Positions 55,711 to 64,000 of a stretch of 64,000 nucleotides of DNA are shown here, piece by piece. The stretch spans positions 544,523 through 608,522 of the forward strand of contig JACONG010000016.1 of assembly GCA_014323865.1 (NCBI GenBank), read 5' to 3'. The translations under genes were made by a program, and so were the position numbers. The first letter of the stretch is position 1. Each line of letters opens with the position of its first letter. Origin of the DNA: Rhodospirillales bacterium. GTDB lineage: Bacteria > Pseudomonadota > Alphaproteobacteria > SP197. Under the pieces are notes generated by a model that saw only the letters and a program-made list of their open reading frames with translations, searched no databases and was not told the DNA's origin.

Positions 55711-56437
55711 CAATCCGGTCCGCCCAGCGCTGGCCGAGCTGTTCCTTCAGGATCTTGCCGTTGACCTCTTCGTGCTTGCCGCGCTTGAGCGCACCCAACT
55801 GGAAGGGTCCGTAGGCCGTGCGCAGCAAGCGGTTCACGTTGAGATCGAGCGCGCCAAGCACCTTCCGGATCTCGCGGTTCTTGCCCTCGCGCAGGGTCAT
55901 GGTCAGCCAGGCGTTGGCGCCTGACTGGCTGTCGATCGTGGTATCGATCGGGCCGTAGCGGATGCCGTCGACGGTCATGCCCGCTCTCAGCTTCTTGAGC
56001 ATGGTGTCGTCGGGGCGGCCGTAGACCCGTACCCGGTAGCGCCGGGCCCATCCGGTCTCTGGCAGCTCGAGCCAGCGGGCGAGCTCACCGTCGTTGGTCA
56101 GCAACAGGAGCCCCTCAGTGTTCATGTCGAGGCGGCCGACAGCGACGATATGGCCCCGGTTCTCGGGCAGCAGATCGAACACGGTCGGCCGGTCACGCTC
56201 GTCGCTCCGGGTCACGACCGTGCCTTCGGTCTTGTAGAGCCGCCACATACGCAGGCCAGGCTGGGCGCCGATGCGCTCGCCGTCGACCGTCACGACATCG
56301 TCGGGTTCCACAGTGAAGGCGGGCGATTCGAGCGCCGTGCCGTTGACCGCCACCCGGCCCTGTTCGATCAGCCGCTCCGCCTCGCGTCGCGACGCCACAC
56401 CCGCGTGCGCCAGTCTCTTGGCTATACGCTCAGGCAT
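55685..56437 (-). CDS. rluB: rRNA pseudouridine synthase (RluB/RsuA family)
   Basis: An S4 domain (RIAKRLAHAGVASRREAERLIEQGRV) and the catalytic motif VAVGRLDMNTEGLLLLTNDG. Start at MPERIAK; the long upstream extension to 56869 is a spurious R-rich reading. Confidence 0.85.
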   Translation of the reverse strand: MPERIAKRLAHAGVASRREAERLIEQGRVAVNGTALESPAFTVEPDDVVTVDGERIGAQPGLRMWRLYKTEGTVVTRSDERDRPTVFDLLPENRGHIVAVGRLDMNTEGLLLLTNDGELARWLELPETGWARRYRVRVYGRPDDTMLKKLRAGMTVDGIRYGPIDTTIDSQSGANAWLTMTLREGKNREIRKVLGALDLNVNRLLRTAYGPFQLGALKRGKHEEVNGKILKEQLGQRWADRIDAHRRRPA

Positions 56438-57162
56438 CAGGCCTTGCAGGCCTTGAGGAAGGCGCTGAACAGCCGCGTGTCGCCTTCGGAGATGTGGTAC
56501 TCCGGGTGCCACTGGACGCCGAGGCAGAAGCGGTAGTCGGGGTGCTCGATGCCTTCGATCACGCCGTCGGGCGCGATGGCATTGACCACGACCTGGTCGC
56601 CGATGTCGTCGACCGCCTGATGATGGGCGCTGTTCACCGGAAGCTCGTTGGTTCCCACGATGTGATAGAGCAGCGTGTCCTTGGCGACGGCGATGTCGTG
56701 TCCGGGTTCGGTTCGCGGGTTCTTCTGCTCGTGTTCGAGACAGCCCGACACTGCGTCCGGGATGTGCTGGATCAGCGTGCCGCCCAGCACCACGTTCAGC
56801 AGCTGCTGGCCGCCGCAGATGCCGAACACCGGCTTGTCGCGTCTGAGCGCGCCTTCGGTCGCGTCCCATTCGAAGCGCGTGCGCCGGTCCTTCGTCGTGA
56901 CGGTGTCATGGTGCGATTCCGCACCGAACAGGGCGGGATCGACGTCGAACGCGCCACCGGTGACGATCAGACCGTCGAGCTCCTCCAGATAGACCTCGGC
57001 CAGGTCCACCTCATGACCGATCGCAACGGGCAGGCCACCGGCCTCGGCGACCGACGACATGTAGTTCTGGCGAACCGCGTACCAAGGCAGGCTCGAATAG
57101 CCGCCGGGCTCCTCGGAATCGAGCGTGACGCCGATCAGAGGGCGGCTGCGGTTGCTGGGCAT
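56437..57162 (-). CDS. Class-I glutamine amidotransferase-like / gamma-glutamyl-GABA hydrolase (peptidase C26) family
   Basis: Nucleophile elbow FGICGGQQ with a His/Glu near the C-terminus (…VQWHPE). ATGA overlap with rluB. Confidence 0.8.
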   Translation of the reverse strand: MPSNRSRPLIGVTLDSEEPGGYSSLPWYAVRQNYMSSVAEAGGLPVAIGHEVDLAEVYLEELDGLIVTGGAFDVDPALFGAESHHDTVTTKDRRTRFEWDATEGALRRDKPVFGICGGQQLLNVVLGGTLIQHIPDAVSGCLEHEQKNPRTEPGHDIAVAKDTLLYHIVGTNELPVNSAHHQAVDDIGDQVVVNAIAPDGVIEGIEHPDYRFCLGVQWHPEYHISEGDTRLFSAFLKACKA

Positions 57163-57233
57163 GGAGGGAATCCGTGTGCTTGATGCTGTGCGCAATGTGG
57201 CGGCAGGCAGGGGGGCATGCAAGATTGGCGCTC

Positions 57234-57683
57234 ATGGGGCAGCAACCGACCTTTATGGAACTCGCGCTCGCCGAGGCGCGCCAGGCAGGCGACCGCGGTG
57301 AAACGCCGGTGGGCGCCGTCGTCGTATGCGGCGGCGTGGTGCTTGGCGCGGCGGGCAACCGCGTGCGTGAAGCCAACGACCCCACGGCGCATGCCGAAGT
57401 GCTGGCGATCCGCGCCGCCTGCGAACATGTCAGCCGCCCCCGCCTCGACGGCGCCGACCTCCACGTCACCCTGGAGCCATGCGCCATGTGCGCCGGCACC
57501 ATCGCCGCGGCCCACATCGCCCGGCTCTACTACGGTGCTGCCGATCCGAAGGGTGGCGCGGTCGATCACGGCCCGCACCTCTTCAGCCAGCCGACCTGCT
57601 ACCACCGCCCGGAGATCTACGGCGGCATCGACGAGACCCGCTGCGCGGCCTTGCTGAAGGAGTTCTTTGCCGCGCTGCGTTGA
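57234..57683 (+). CDS. tadA: tRNA adenosine(34) deaminase
   Basis: HAEVLAIRAA…LEPCAMCAGT are the CDA zinc motifs; 149 aa. Confidence 0.85.
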   Translation: MGQQPTFMELALAEARQAGDRGETPVGAVVVCGGVVLGAAGNRVREANDPTAHAEVLAIRAACEHVSRPRLDGADLHVTLEPCAMCAGTIAAAHIARLYYGAADPKGGAVDHGPHLFSQPTCYHRPEIYGGIDETRCAALLKEFFAALR

Positions 57684-57884
57684 GCGGCTGTTGCCCTTTT
57701 CGACTCTCACCCCGACCCTCTCCCGGTCCCGGTAGAGGGGATGTAATATCGGCTTGCCTGAAGCTGCCCTCGCCCATCGGGGAGAGGGCAGCGCAGACTT
57801 GGCGAGGAACGAGCCTGGATGGGGTCGGGTGAAGGGGGTGCACTTGCAGATGAAACAGGCCACCAGCATCCTTCGTTCGATGCC

Positions 57885-58352
57885 TCAGAGCCAGCGCCGC
57901 ACCTGCCGGCAGAACGCCCGGTAGTCCTCGCCGAAGAGACCTTCGAGATACCGTTCCTCGCGCCGGATGACGCCCCAGTGCAGGGTCGCCACCAGCACCT
58001 GCCAGACGGCCAAGAGCCAGAGTGTGTCGAGGGCGAAGCCGAGTCCCAGAAACAGCGTCACCATGGCGAGGTACATCGGATTGCGCGTGTGTTTGTAGGG
58101 GCCTTCGGTGACCAGTGCGGTTGAGGGATGCCAGGGTTCGACGGCCGTCTTCTTGTGGCCGAAGCAGCGGACCGCCCAGAGTGCGAGCCCGATGGCGGGG
58201 ACGATGAACACGGCACCGAGGACGTACTGCACGGTGTCGTCCAGGAAGGGTGCCGGCCAGATGCGGTCGAGCTCGAGGCCCGCCAGCAGGAGAAGCAGCA
58301 CGATGATCGGCGGCGGCGCGATGACGCTGGCTGTCTTGCGTTCCTCGCTCAT
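57885..58352 (-). CDS. Isoprenylcysteine carboxyl methyltransferase (ICMT/PEMT-like) family membrane protein
   Basis: …LVTEGPYKHTRNPMYLAMV… is the ICMT signature; 4 predicted TM segments. ATGA overlap with the GNAT gene. Confidence 0.75.
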   Translation of the reverse strand: MSEERKTASVIAPPPIIVLLLLLAGLELDRIWPAPFLDDTVQYVLGAVFIVPAIGLALWAVRCFGHKKTAVEPWHPSTALVTEGPYKHTRNPMYLAMVTLFLGLGFALDTLWLLAVWQVLVATLHWGVIRREERYLEGLFGEDYRAFCRQVRRWL

Positions 58353-58843
58353 GCCCCTTGTTTCACCTTCTCCATGAACGCGACCGGAAGGTCGACACCG
58401 GCCACCGTCGGCATGCTGCCACGTTCGTAGGTCCTGTAGCCCAGATGCGCATAGAACGCTTCGGCATTCGCATTGGAACGGACGATGAAGGCGACATAGC
58501 CCTGTCCGCGCGTGTCCGCTTCGGCCGCTTCGACCATACGCCGCCCAAGACCCGTGCCCGCCAAGGCTGGATCGACAAACACCTTGCGGATGCGTGTAAC
58601 ATCCGGGCGGTCCTCGACCGCGCACCAGCCGGCCGTGGCCATGATGGTGCCACCATCGGCCACCGCGAGCTGCAGGTGATTGCGCATCAGCACATCAGCG
58701 TAGCCGTCACTCTCGATCTCGGCGACGTGCGCCGCGATCTGTGCAGCTGTGTTGTGGGTCCCGGCGAGAGCCCGGAACGCGGTGGCGTGCAGGCGGCGCA
58801 CCGCCAGGATGTCCTCGGGTGCGATCGGGCGGAGGAGCTTCAT
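58349..58843 (-). CDS. GNAT-family N-acetyltransferase
   Basis: The acetyl-CoA binding motif …RIRKVFVDPALAGTGLGRRMVEAAE…. Confidence 0.8.
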   Translation of the reverse strand: MKLLRPIAPEDILAVRRLHATAFRALAGTHNTAAQIAAHVAEIESDGYADVLMRNHLQLAVADGGTIMATAGWCAVEDRPDVTRIRKVFVDPALAGTGLGRRMVEAAEADTRGQGYVAFIVRSNANAEAFYAHLGYRTYERGSMPTVAGVDLPVAFMEKVKQGA

Positions 58844-58945
58844 TGAATCTGAACTCGCGTTTGGATCCTCGCTTCGGTTCGACGGACAACTACGACTCAG
58901 CACGCTTTAAGGTTGTGCAATTCACTGGCAGTCTGACTCCAGGAG

Positions 58946-59872
58946 GTGCCGAACTTGACCAGACTGGTCCTGTTGCACAAACAAGACTCGATCTACGACG
59001 ATCTGCCAGATCAACGTTATCACTTTCCGAACCGCTCCTATCTTTCGGCGTTGCGGGAAGCAGTTGGTGACTGGATCGTCTACCACGAGCCGGGCGCGGG
59101 GGGAGGTCGGCGGTCCTACTTCGCGATCGCGAGGGTGGTCAGCGTGGAGCCGGACCCCGAACGTGACGACCACTCATATGCAACCGTGGCCGACTATCTG
59201 GATTTCTCGGACCTGGTCCCTCTTCATGACCCGAATGGCGACCACTATGAGAGTGACCTCCAGCAGCCGGATGGCTCAACAAACCGGGGACGGATCCAGC
59301 GTGCAGTTCGCCGGATCAGTGATGCCGACTACTTGTCAATTCGCGCCGCTGGGCTTCGTTCGGCCCACAAGTACCTCGACGACTTGCGAAGCGAAGAGGT
59401 TGCAGATGGTTTGGCCGAAGATCAGGCACCATATGATCGTCCAATGGTTTCCAGCACAGGATCCAGACCTTTCCGTGACGTCGCGTTTCGTCATGCTGTG
59501 CTCAGAGCCTATGACTCACATTGCGCGTTTACCGACCTCAAGGTCGTGAATGGCCGCCAGCGCGTTGAAGTTGACGCGGCGCACATTCGACCGGTCGGTG
59601 ATAACCATCGGGGCAGCGACAGCATTCGAAATGGCCTGGCGCTGTCAAAGACAGTTCACTGGCTGTTCGATCGCGGGATCATCGCTGTTAGCGACGACTT
59701 CGAGATTCTTGAGTCGCCAGGACGGCTGCCAGACAAACTCAAGCCACTGTTCCGAGATGACGGACTTATCAGAATGCCAGAACGAAGATCGGAATGGCCC
59801 AGTCCGGTCAACCTTCGCTATCACCGTGACATGTTTGAGGACTGCTACGGACGTTTCTCCAAGCTGAACTAA
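58946..59872 (+). CDS. HNH endonuclease (HNH_2-type C-terminal domain) with an unrecognised N-terminal domain of about 160 aa
   Basis: C-terminus: …FRHAVLRAYDSHCAFTDLKV…VDAAHIRPVGDNHRGSDSIRNGLALSKTVHWLFDRGII (the C-A-x-T…AAHI-P…NGL…H-x-x-FD pattern). GC content is visibly lower than the flanks. Confidence 0.8.
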   Translation: MPNLTRLVLLHKQDSIYDDLPDQRYHFPNRSYLSALREAVGDWIVYHEPGAGGGRRSYFAIARVVSVEPDPERDDHSYATVADYLDFSDLVPLHDPNGDHYESDLQQPDGSTNRGRIQRAVRRISDADYLSIRAAGLRSAHKYLDDLRSEEVADGLAEDQAPYDRPMVSSTGSRPFRDVAFRHAVLRAYDSHCAFTDLKVVNGRQRVEVDAAHIRPVGDNHRGSDSIRNGLALSKTVHWLFDRGIIAVSDDFEILESPGRLPDKLKPLFRDDGLIRMPERRSEWPSPVNLRYHRDMFEDCYGRFSKLN

Positions 59873-61149
59873 ACCTGCCCGCGCTCGATCGCACGCCAGC
59901 CGATGTCGCGGCGGCAGAAGCCCTGGGGCCAGTCGATCGTGTCAGTGGCGGCGTAGGCGTTACACTGGGCTTCGGCAATGGTGGAGCCGAGTGCCGTGAC
60001 GCCCAGAACGCGGCCGCCGGTGGAAAGCCATTGGTCGCCGTCGCGGCGGGTGCCGGCGTGGAAGACCGTGACGTCATCCAGGCCGCCGGTGGCGTCGAGG
60101 CCGGCGATCGGCGTTTCCTTGGGGTAGCTACCGGGATAGCCCTCGGTCGCCATGACGACGCAGAGCGCGGCCTCTGCGTGCCAGCGCAGATTCATATGGT
60201 GGAGCTCGCCCGAGCGGGTGGCAAGCAGGGCGGGGACGAGGTCCGACTTCAGGCGCGCCATCATCACCTGGCACTCCGGATCGCCGAAGCGGACGTTGAA
60301 CTCCAGAAGCTTCGGCCCGGCGGCCGAGATCATAAGACCGGCGAAGAGCACGCCCCGGAACGGCGTACCGCGGCGGGCCATCTCGGCGACGCTGGGGCGG
60401 ATGATGGTCTCGAGGATCTGCTCCTCCATCTCGGGCGTGACGACCGGGGTGGGCGAATAGCAGCCCATGCCGCCGGTGTTCGGCCCGGTGTCGCCGTCGC
60501 CGACCCGTTTGTGATCCTGAGCCGTCGCGAGCGGCAGGACGTGTTCGCCATCGGTCAGGACGTGGAAGCTCGCTTCCTCGCCGTCGAGGAACTCCTCGAT
60601 CACGACGCTGATGCCTGCGGTGCCGAAGACGCCCGTGACCAGCGCATCGTCGATCGCGGCATGGGCCTCGCCCATGGTCATGGCGACGGTGGCGCCCTTG
60701 CCGGCGGCGAGCCCGTCGGCCTTCACGACGATCGGCGCGCCGCGCTCGCTCGCCCAGGCCCTGGCGGTGTCTGCGTCGGTGAAACGCTGCCAAGCGGCGG
60801 TCGGCACGCCCGCAGCGTCGGCGACCTCCTTCATGAAGGTCTTGGAGCCCTCAAGCTGCGCAGCGTCTGCATCGGGACCGAAACATGGGATGCCGGCATC
60901 CTCCATGGCATCGACGATTCCTGCGACCAGCGGTGCCTCCGGCCCCGGCACGACGAGGTCGATACCGTTTTTGCCCGCCCAGGCGACGAGGGCCTCGACG
61001 TCTTCTGCGCCGATCGCAACCGGTTCGGCATCAGTCGCGATGCCATCGTTGCCGGGTGCACAATAGAGTTTTGTCACCAGCGGGGAGTTCGCGATGGCCC
61101 AACACAGCGCGTGTTCGCGCCCGCCACCGCCGGTCACCAGAATACGCAT
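59869..61149 (-). CDS. purD: Phosphoribosylamine--glycine ligase
   Basis: MRILVTGGGGREHALCWAI…; an ATP-grasp domain; 426 aa. Confidence 0.95.
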   Translation of the reverse strand: MRILVTGGGGREHALCWAIANSPLVTKLYCAPGNDGIATDAEPVAIGAEDVEALVAWAGKNGIDLVVPGPEAPLVAGIVDAMEDAGIPCFGPDADAAQLEGSKTFMKEVADAAGVPTAAWQRFTDADTARAWASERGAPIVVKADGLAAGKGATVAMTMGEAHAAIDDALVTGVFGTAGISVVIEEFLDGEEASFHVLTDGEHVLPLATAQDHKRVGDGDTGPNTGGMGCYSPTPVVTPEMEEQILETIIRPSVAEMARRGTPFRGVLFAGLMISAAGPKLLEFNVRFGDPECQVMMARLKSDLVPALLATRSGELHHMNLRWHAEAALCVVMATEGYPGSYPKETPIAGLDATGGLDDVTVFHAGTRRDGDQWLSTGGRVLGVTALGSTIAEAQCNAYAATDTIDWPQGFCRRDIGWRAIERGQV

Positions 61150-61199
61150 CCCCGCCACCGCATTGTGTCTGCCCGGCTGCCTTGTATCATGCACCCGCC

Positions 61200-62690
61200 A
61201 TGCCGACAGCCCACAGCGCCGCGCAGCCTGCGGACAACTTGCCCGAACTCAGTGTTTCCGAGCTCTCCCGTGCGGTGAAACGCACGGTCGAGCAGGCCTT
61301 CGACCGTGTGCGCATCCGGGGGGAAATCGGCCGTGTCACCGTGGCGGGATCGGGCCATATGTACCTTTCCATGAAGGAAGAGAACGCCGTGCTCGATTGT
61401 GTCTGCTGGCGCAACACGGTGAACTGCTTGACGCACATGCCCGAACAGGGCCTGGAGATGGTCGCGACCGGACGATTGACGACCTACCCCGGCCGGTCGA
61501 GCTACCAGCTTGTGATCGAGTCCATCGAACCCGCAGGGATCGGCGCGCTCATGGCTCTGCTGGAACAACGGCGCAAGGAGCTCGCCGCCGAAGGGCTCTT
61601 CGCCGAGGAACGCAAGAAGCTGCTGCCCTTCCTGCCCGCCGTGATCGGCGTCGTGACCTCGCCGACGGGTGCCGTGATCCGCGACATCATGCACCGCCTG
61701 CGTGATCGCTTCCCGCGCCATGTCCTGCTCTGGCCCGTGGCCGTGCAGGGCGATGCCGCAGCCGAGCAGGTCGCCACGGCGATCCGCGGCTTCAACGCCC
61801 TGGAGCCGGGTGGTGACGTACCGTGTCCCGACCTGATCATCGTCGCGCGGGGCGGCGGCAGCGTGGAGGACCTCTGGGCCTTCAACGAGGAGGTTGTGGT
61901 CCGCGCTGTGGCCGAGAGCACGATCCCGCTGATCTCGGCCGTGGGTCACGAGACCGACACCACCCTGATCGACTTCGTCTCGGACCGTCGGGCGCCGACG
62001 CCGACCGCTGCCGCCGAGATGGCCGTGCCCGTGCGCGCCGAACTGGAGGCGCGTGTGCTTGATGCCGAGGGGCGGCTGGTCGGTAGCGCGGGGCGTATGA
62101 TGGAACGCCTGCGCGGTGACCTGCGGGGGCTGGCGCGCGGCCTGCCATGTCCTCAGAGGCTGGTCGAACAGAAGAGCCAGGACCTCGACAATGCCGCCGA
62201 GAGTTTGCGGCGGGTCATGGCGCTGGGCCTGAGCGAGCGGCGCGACCACCTGCGCAGCCTGGCCTTGCGCCGCCCCGAGGAGATCATTGCGACCAAGCGG
62301 GTCGTCCTGACCGAAGTCGCTGCGGGCCTTCGCCTGGCGCGCCTGAGCGACCGGATCAACCAGTCCCGCGAGCACATCGGCCGCCTGGGCCGCGACCTTG
62401 CGCGCAACACCACAGGTCGGCTCGACGCGTCGCAACGTCAGCTGACCCAGCTCGGCAAGTTGCTGGAGAGCCTGAGTTACCGCAGCGTTCTGCAGCGCGG
62501 CTATGCTGTCGTCCGCAGCGACGGAGCGCCGGTCACGCGCGCAGCGGGTGTCGCTGACGGCGCGGCGCTGGCCATAGAGTTCGCCGACAGCACGGTCAAC
62601 GTAACGGTGGGCGATTCACCGCCGGTTCCGAAAGCCGCCGCGCCGAAACGCAAGAAAACCGCCACGGGCGAACAGAGAGACCTGTTCTAG
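61200..62690 (+). CDS. xseA: Exodeoxyribonuclease VII large subunit
   Basis: N-terminal OB-fold (LSVSELSRAVKRTVEQAFDRVRIRGEI) and the catalytic region (VGHETDTTLIDFVSD); 496 aa. Confidence 0.9.
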   Translation: MPTAHSAAQPADNLPELSVSELSRAVKRTVEQAFDRVRIRGEIGRVTVAGSGHMYLSMKEENAVLDCVCWRNTVNCLTHMPEQGLEMVATGRLTTYPGRSSYQLVIESIEPAGIGALMALLEQRRKELAAEGLFAEERKKLLPFLPAVIGVVTSPTGAVIRDIMHRLRDRFPRHVLLWPVAVQGDAAAEQVATAIRGFNALEPGGDVPCPDLIIVARGGGSVEDLWAFNEEVVVRAVAESTIPLISAVGHETDTTLIDFVSDRRAPTPTAAAEMAVPVRAELEARVLDAEGRLVGSAGRMMERLRGDLRGLARGLPCPQRLVEQKSQDLDNAAESLRRVMALGLSERRDHLRSLALRRPEEIIATKRVVLTEVAAGLRLARLSDRINQSREHIGRLGRDLARNTTGRLDASQRQLTQLGKLLESLSYRSVLQRGYAVVRSDGAPVTRAAGVADGAALAIEFADSTVNVTVGDSPPVPKAAAPKRKKTATGEQRDLF

Positions 62691-62796
62691 GGCGCACGCG
62701 CGATCCTCTCGTCGTCATGGCCCACGTGATGGGACTATCCATCGTCCGATCTCTCGGTTGCTCACGTTGCAACCCGTTGGGTATCGCGATGGAACG

Positions 62797-62919
62797 CTAG
62801 GTCAAGCGGGGCGATGCCGGGAGTGGTTTGAGGGTCTGCGCAACGACCCCCATGAGGTCGCCCATGACCTTGTTCATGGTGCCGATCAGCAGGTCTGCCT
62901 CTGACCGGCCGAAGGACAT
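62797..62919 (-). CDS. Candidate small ORF, 40 aa (MSFGRSEADLLIGTMNKVMGDLMGVVAQTLKPLPASPRLT), upstream of lpxL
   Basis: RBS GGAGAG 5 nt upstream of the ATG. It sits in an otherwise empty 290-bp gap. Confidence 0.25.
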   Translation of the reverse strand: MSFGRSEADLLIGTMNKVMGDLMGVVAQTLKPLPASPRLT

Positions 62920-62979
62920 GGCGTCTCTCCGGTGGCTGCTGGATGGGGCGAGGCTAGACCGGAAACATGACGTCTTCCA

Positions 62980-63852
62980 TCAATCCGGCCAGCGGCGATG
63001 AATCCAGAGCCAGTGGTCGGGGTTCTCGCGGATCCAAACCTCGAAGGTCTGGTTGATCTTCACCAGGATGGCGCGCACGTCGGCGTCCTTGTCGCCGGTC
63101 TTCTCGATCCTGATCGGATTGAAGACGTGGACGTGGAAATGGGCGCGTGGCTTGCGCAGAACGCGCACCGGAAAGAGGGGCACGTCGTACTTCAGGGCGA
63201 GCTCGGCGATCGCTGGAGCGGTCATGGCGTCACGCCCGAAGAAGGGGATCGGCAGGCCTTCGTTGAACTTCTGGTCGGCCAGGATGGCGATCGCGCCCTT
63301 GCGCCGGATCGCCGCGAGCAGCGCGCGCGCGCCCTCACGCCCCTTGGGCGCCCAGTAGCCGCCGCGTTTCTCGCGCCAGTGCTGGATGATGGCTTCCGAA
63401 TAGGGGTTGTTGGCTCTTCGGTAGACCAGGGTGAGCTCGAAGCCGCGCTGAAGCGCGAGCAGCGTGGAGACTTCGAAGTTGCCGAAATGGGCGTTGAAGT
63501 AGATCGCCGGCAGGACGTGGGCGTAGGGATCGTCGATCTCGGGATCGGACGTCACCTGGATGCGGTCGCCGTCGAGCGCGTCGAGCCCGTGGACGAACGG
63601 GATCTCGCCCAGGAAGCGGCCCAGGTTGTCCCACATGCCCCGTATGATCGTCTCGATCTCGGTGTCGGTCTTCTCGGGCATGGCCGCCTGGATATTGCGC
63701 CGTGCGATGCGGTTCTTCGAGGTCATGAAGCGGCCCACAAGGCGAGCGAGGAAACCGCCCAGTGCCGAGGCGCGCTGAATCCCGAGAATCCGGAAGAGCC
63801 GGAGCAGGAGCCAAAGAAGGGCGGCCTCCAGAAGATGGCGCAACGTCTTCAT
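62980..63852 (-). CDS. lpxL: Lipid A biosynthesis lauroyl/myristoyl acyltransferase
   Basis: An N-terminal TM segment and the HX4D-like acyltransferase region (…NAHFGNFE…); 290 aa. Confidence 0.85.
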   Translation of the reverse strand: MKTLRHLLEAALLWLLLRLFRILGIQRASALGGFLARLVGRFMTSKNRIARRNIQAAMPEKTDTEIETIIRGMWDNLGRFLGEIPFVHGLDALDGDRIQVTSDPEIDDPYAHVLPAIYFNAHFGNFEVSTLLALQRGFELTLVYRRANNPYSEAIIQHWREKRGGYWAPKGREGARALLAAIRRKGAIAILADQKFNEGLPIPFFGRDAMTAPAIAELALKYDVPLFPVRVLRKPRAHFHVHVFNPIRIEKTGDKDADVRAILVKINQTFEVWIRENPDHWLWIHRRWPD

Positions 63853-64000
63853 AGGCCGGAATGCGAGCGCAGCGGGAGCAGGAGGTCGTCGAGCTTTTCT
63901 GGCTCGCGGAACACCAGAGAAACCCGCACCGGCTCGGCCAGCGGGCGGGTCTCGGCGTCGAGCCGGAGCCAGTCCTTCTCGGTGGTCACGAGCCGTGCGC
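63849..64000 (-). CDS. lpxK: Tetraacyldisaccharide 4'-kinase, C-terminal end (partial, continues beyond the window)
   Basis: …ARLVTTEKDWLRLDAETRPLAEPVRVSLVFREPEKLDDLLLPLRS is the LpxK C-terminal pattern. ATGA overlap with lpxL. Confidence 0.7.
   Translation of the reverse strand, partial: ARLVTTEKDWLRLDAETRPLAEPVRVSLVFREPEKLDDLLLPLRSHSGL

Noticed and set aside
57690-57884. GC-rich inverted repeats after tadA (CCCTCTCC…GGAGAGGG and CTGCCCTC…GAGGGCAG)
   Set aside because: Probably an ordinary REP-like or terminator hairpin; there is no T-tract and no evidence of a structured RNA.
60031-62435. Plus-strand ORF 60031..61278 and minus-strand ORF 61134..62435
   Set aside because: Shadows of purD and xseA respectively.

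Overview
This is a high-GC (about 65%) alphaproteobacterial chromosomal window. A conserved replication-initiation neighbourhood (gyrB–recF–dnaN–dnaA, an AT-rich gap, rpsT, fpg, then divergent ubiE–ubiB) sits next to cobalamin biosynthesis genes (cobK, cbiD, cobA, cobB), a PBP1A gene, and housekeeping genes: coaBC–dut, moeB, ribF–ileS–lspA, two DUF3035 lipoproteins, an M16 peptidase pair, pgi–mutL, rsmD–rluB, tadA, purD, xseA, and lpxL–lpxK. Gene packing is tight, with at least ten 4-bp ATGA stop/start overlaps.

The most unusual feature is how many accessory genes are broken. The affected genes are a cyclase, a polytopic membrane protein, ubiB, katG, a DUF1272 gene carrying an in-frame TAA, a truncated third 2OG-Fe(II) oxygenase paralog, a Rieske oxygenase alpha subunit, a GMC oxidoreductase stub, FadB/ECH remnants, and an acyl-CoA synthetase fragment. 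Neighbouring essential genes remain intact. Several of the broken genes encode O2-linked functions.

Other notable elements:
- A roughly 350–400 bp low-GC insertion inside ubiB carries a 24-codon hydrophobic ORF preceded by a Shine-Dalgarno sequence (type I toxin-like).
- A perfect 15-bp palindromic operator sits in the katG promoter.
- A cluster of moeB, a DsrE-like gene, and tandem 2OG-Fe(II) oxygenase paralogs is followed by an alkylation-repair gene.
- Two paralogous GcvA-like LysR regulators each sit divergently beside tiny ORFs: a DUF1127 gene and a tandem pair of MKFLFKR-peptide genes.
- A lower-GC single-gene islet encodes an HNH_2-type nuclease with an uncharacterised N-terminal domain (candidate solitary type IV-like defence nuclease).
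- A repeat-rich junction truncates the GMC oxidoreductase gene.

No rRNA, tRNA, CRISPR arrays, transposases or integrases were recognised. All calls come from reading the six-frame translations and the DNA by eye; no database searches were run.
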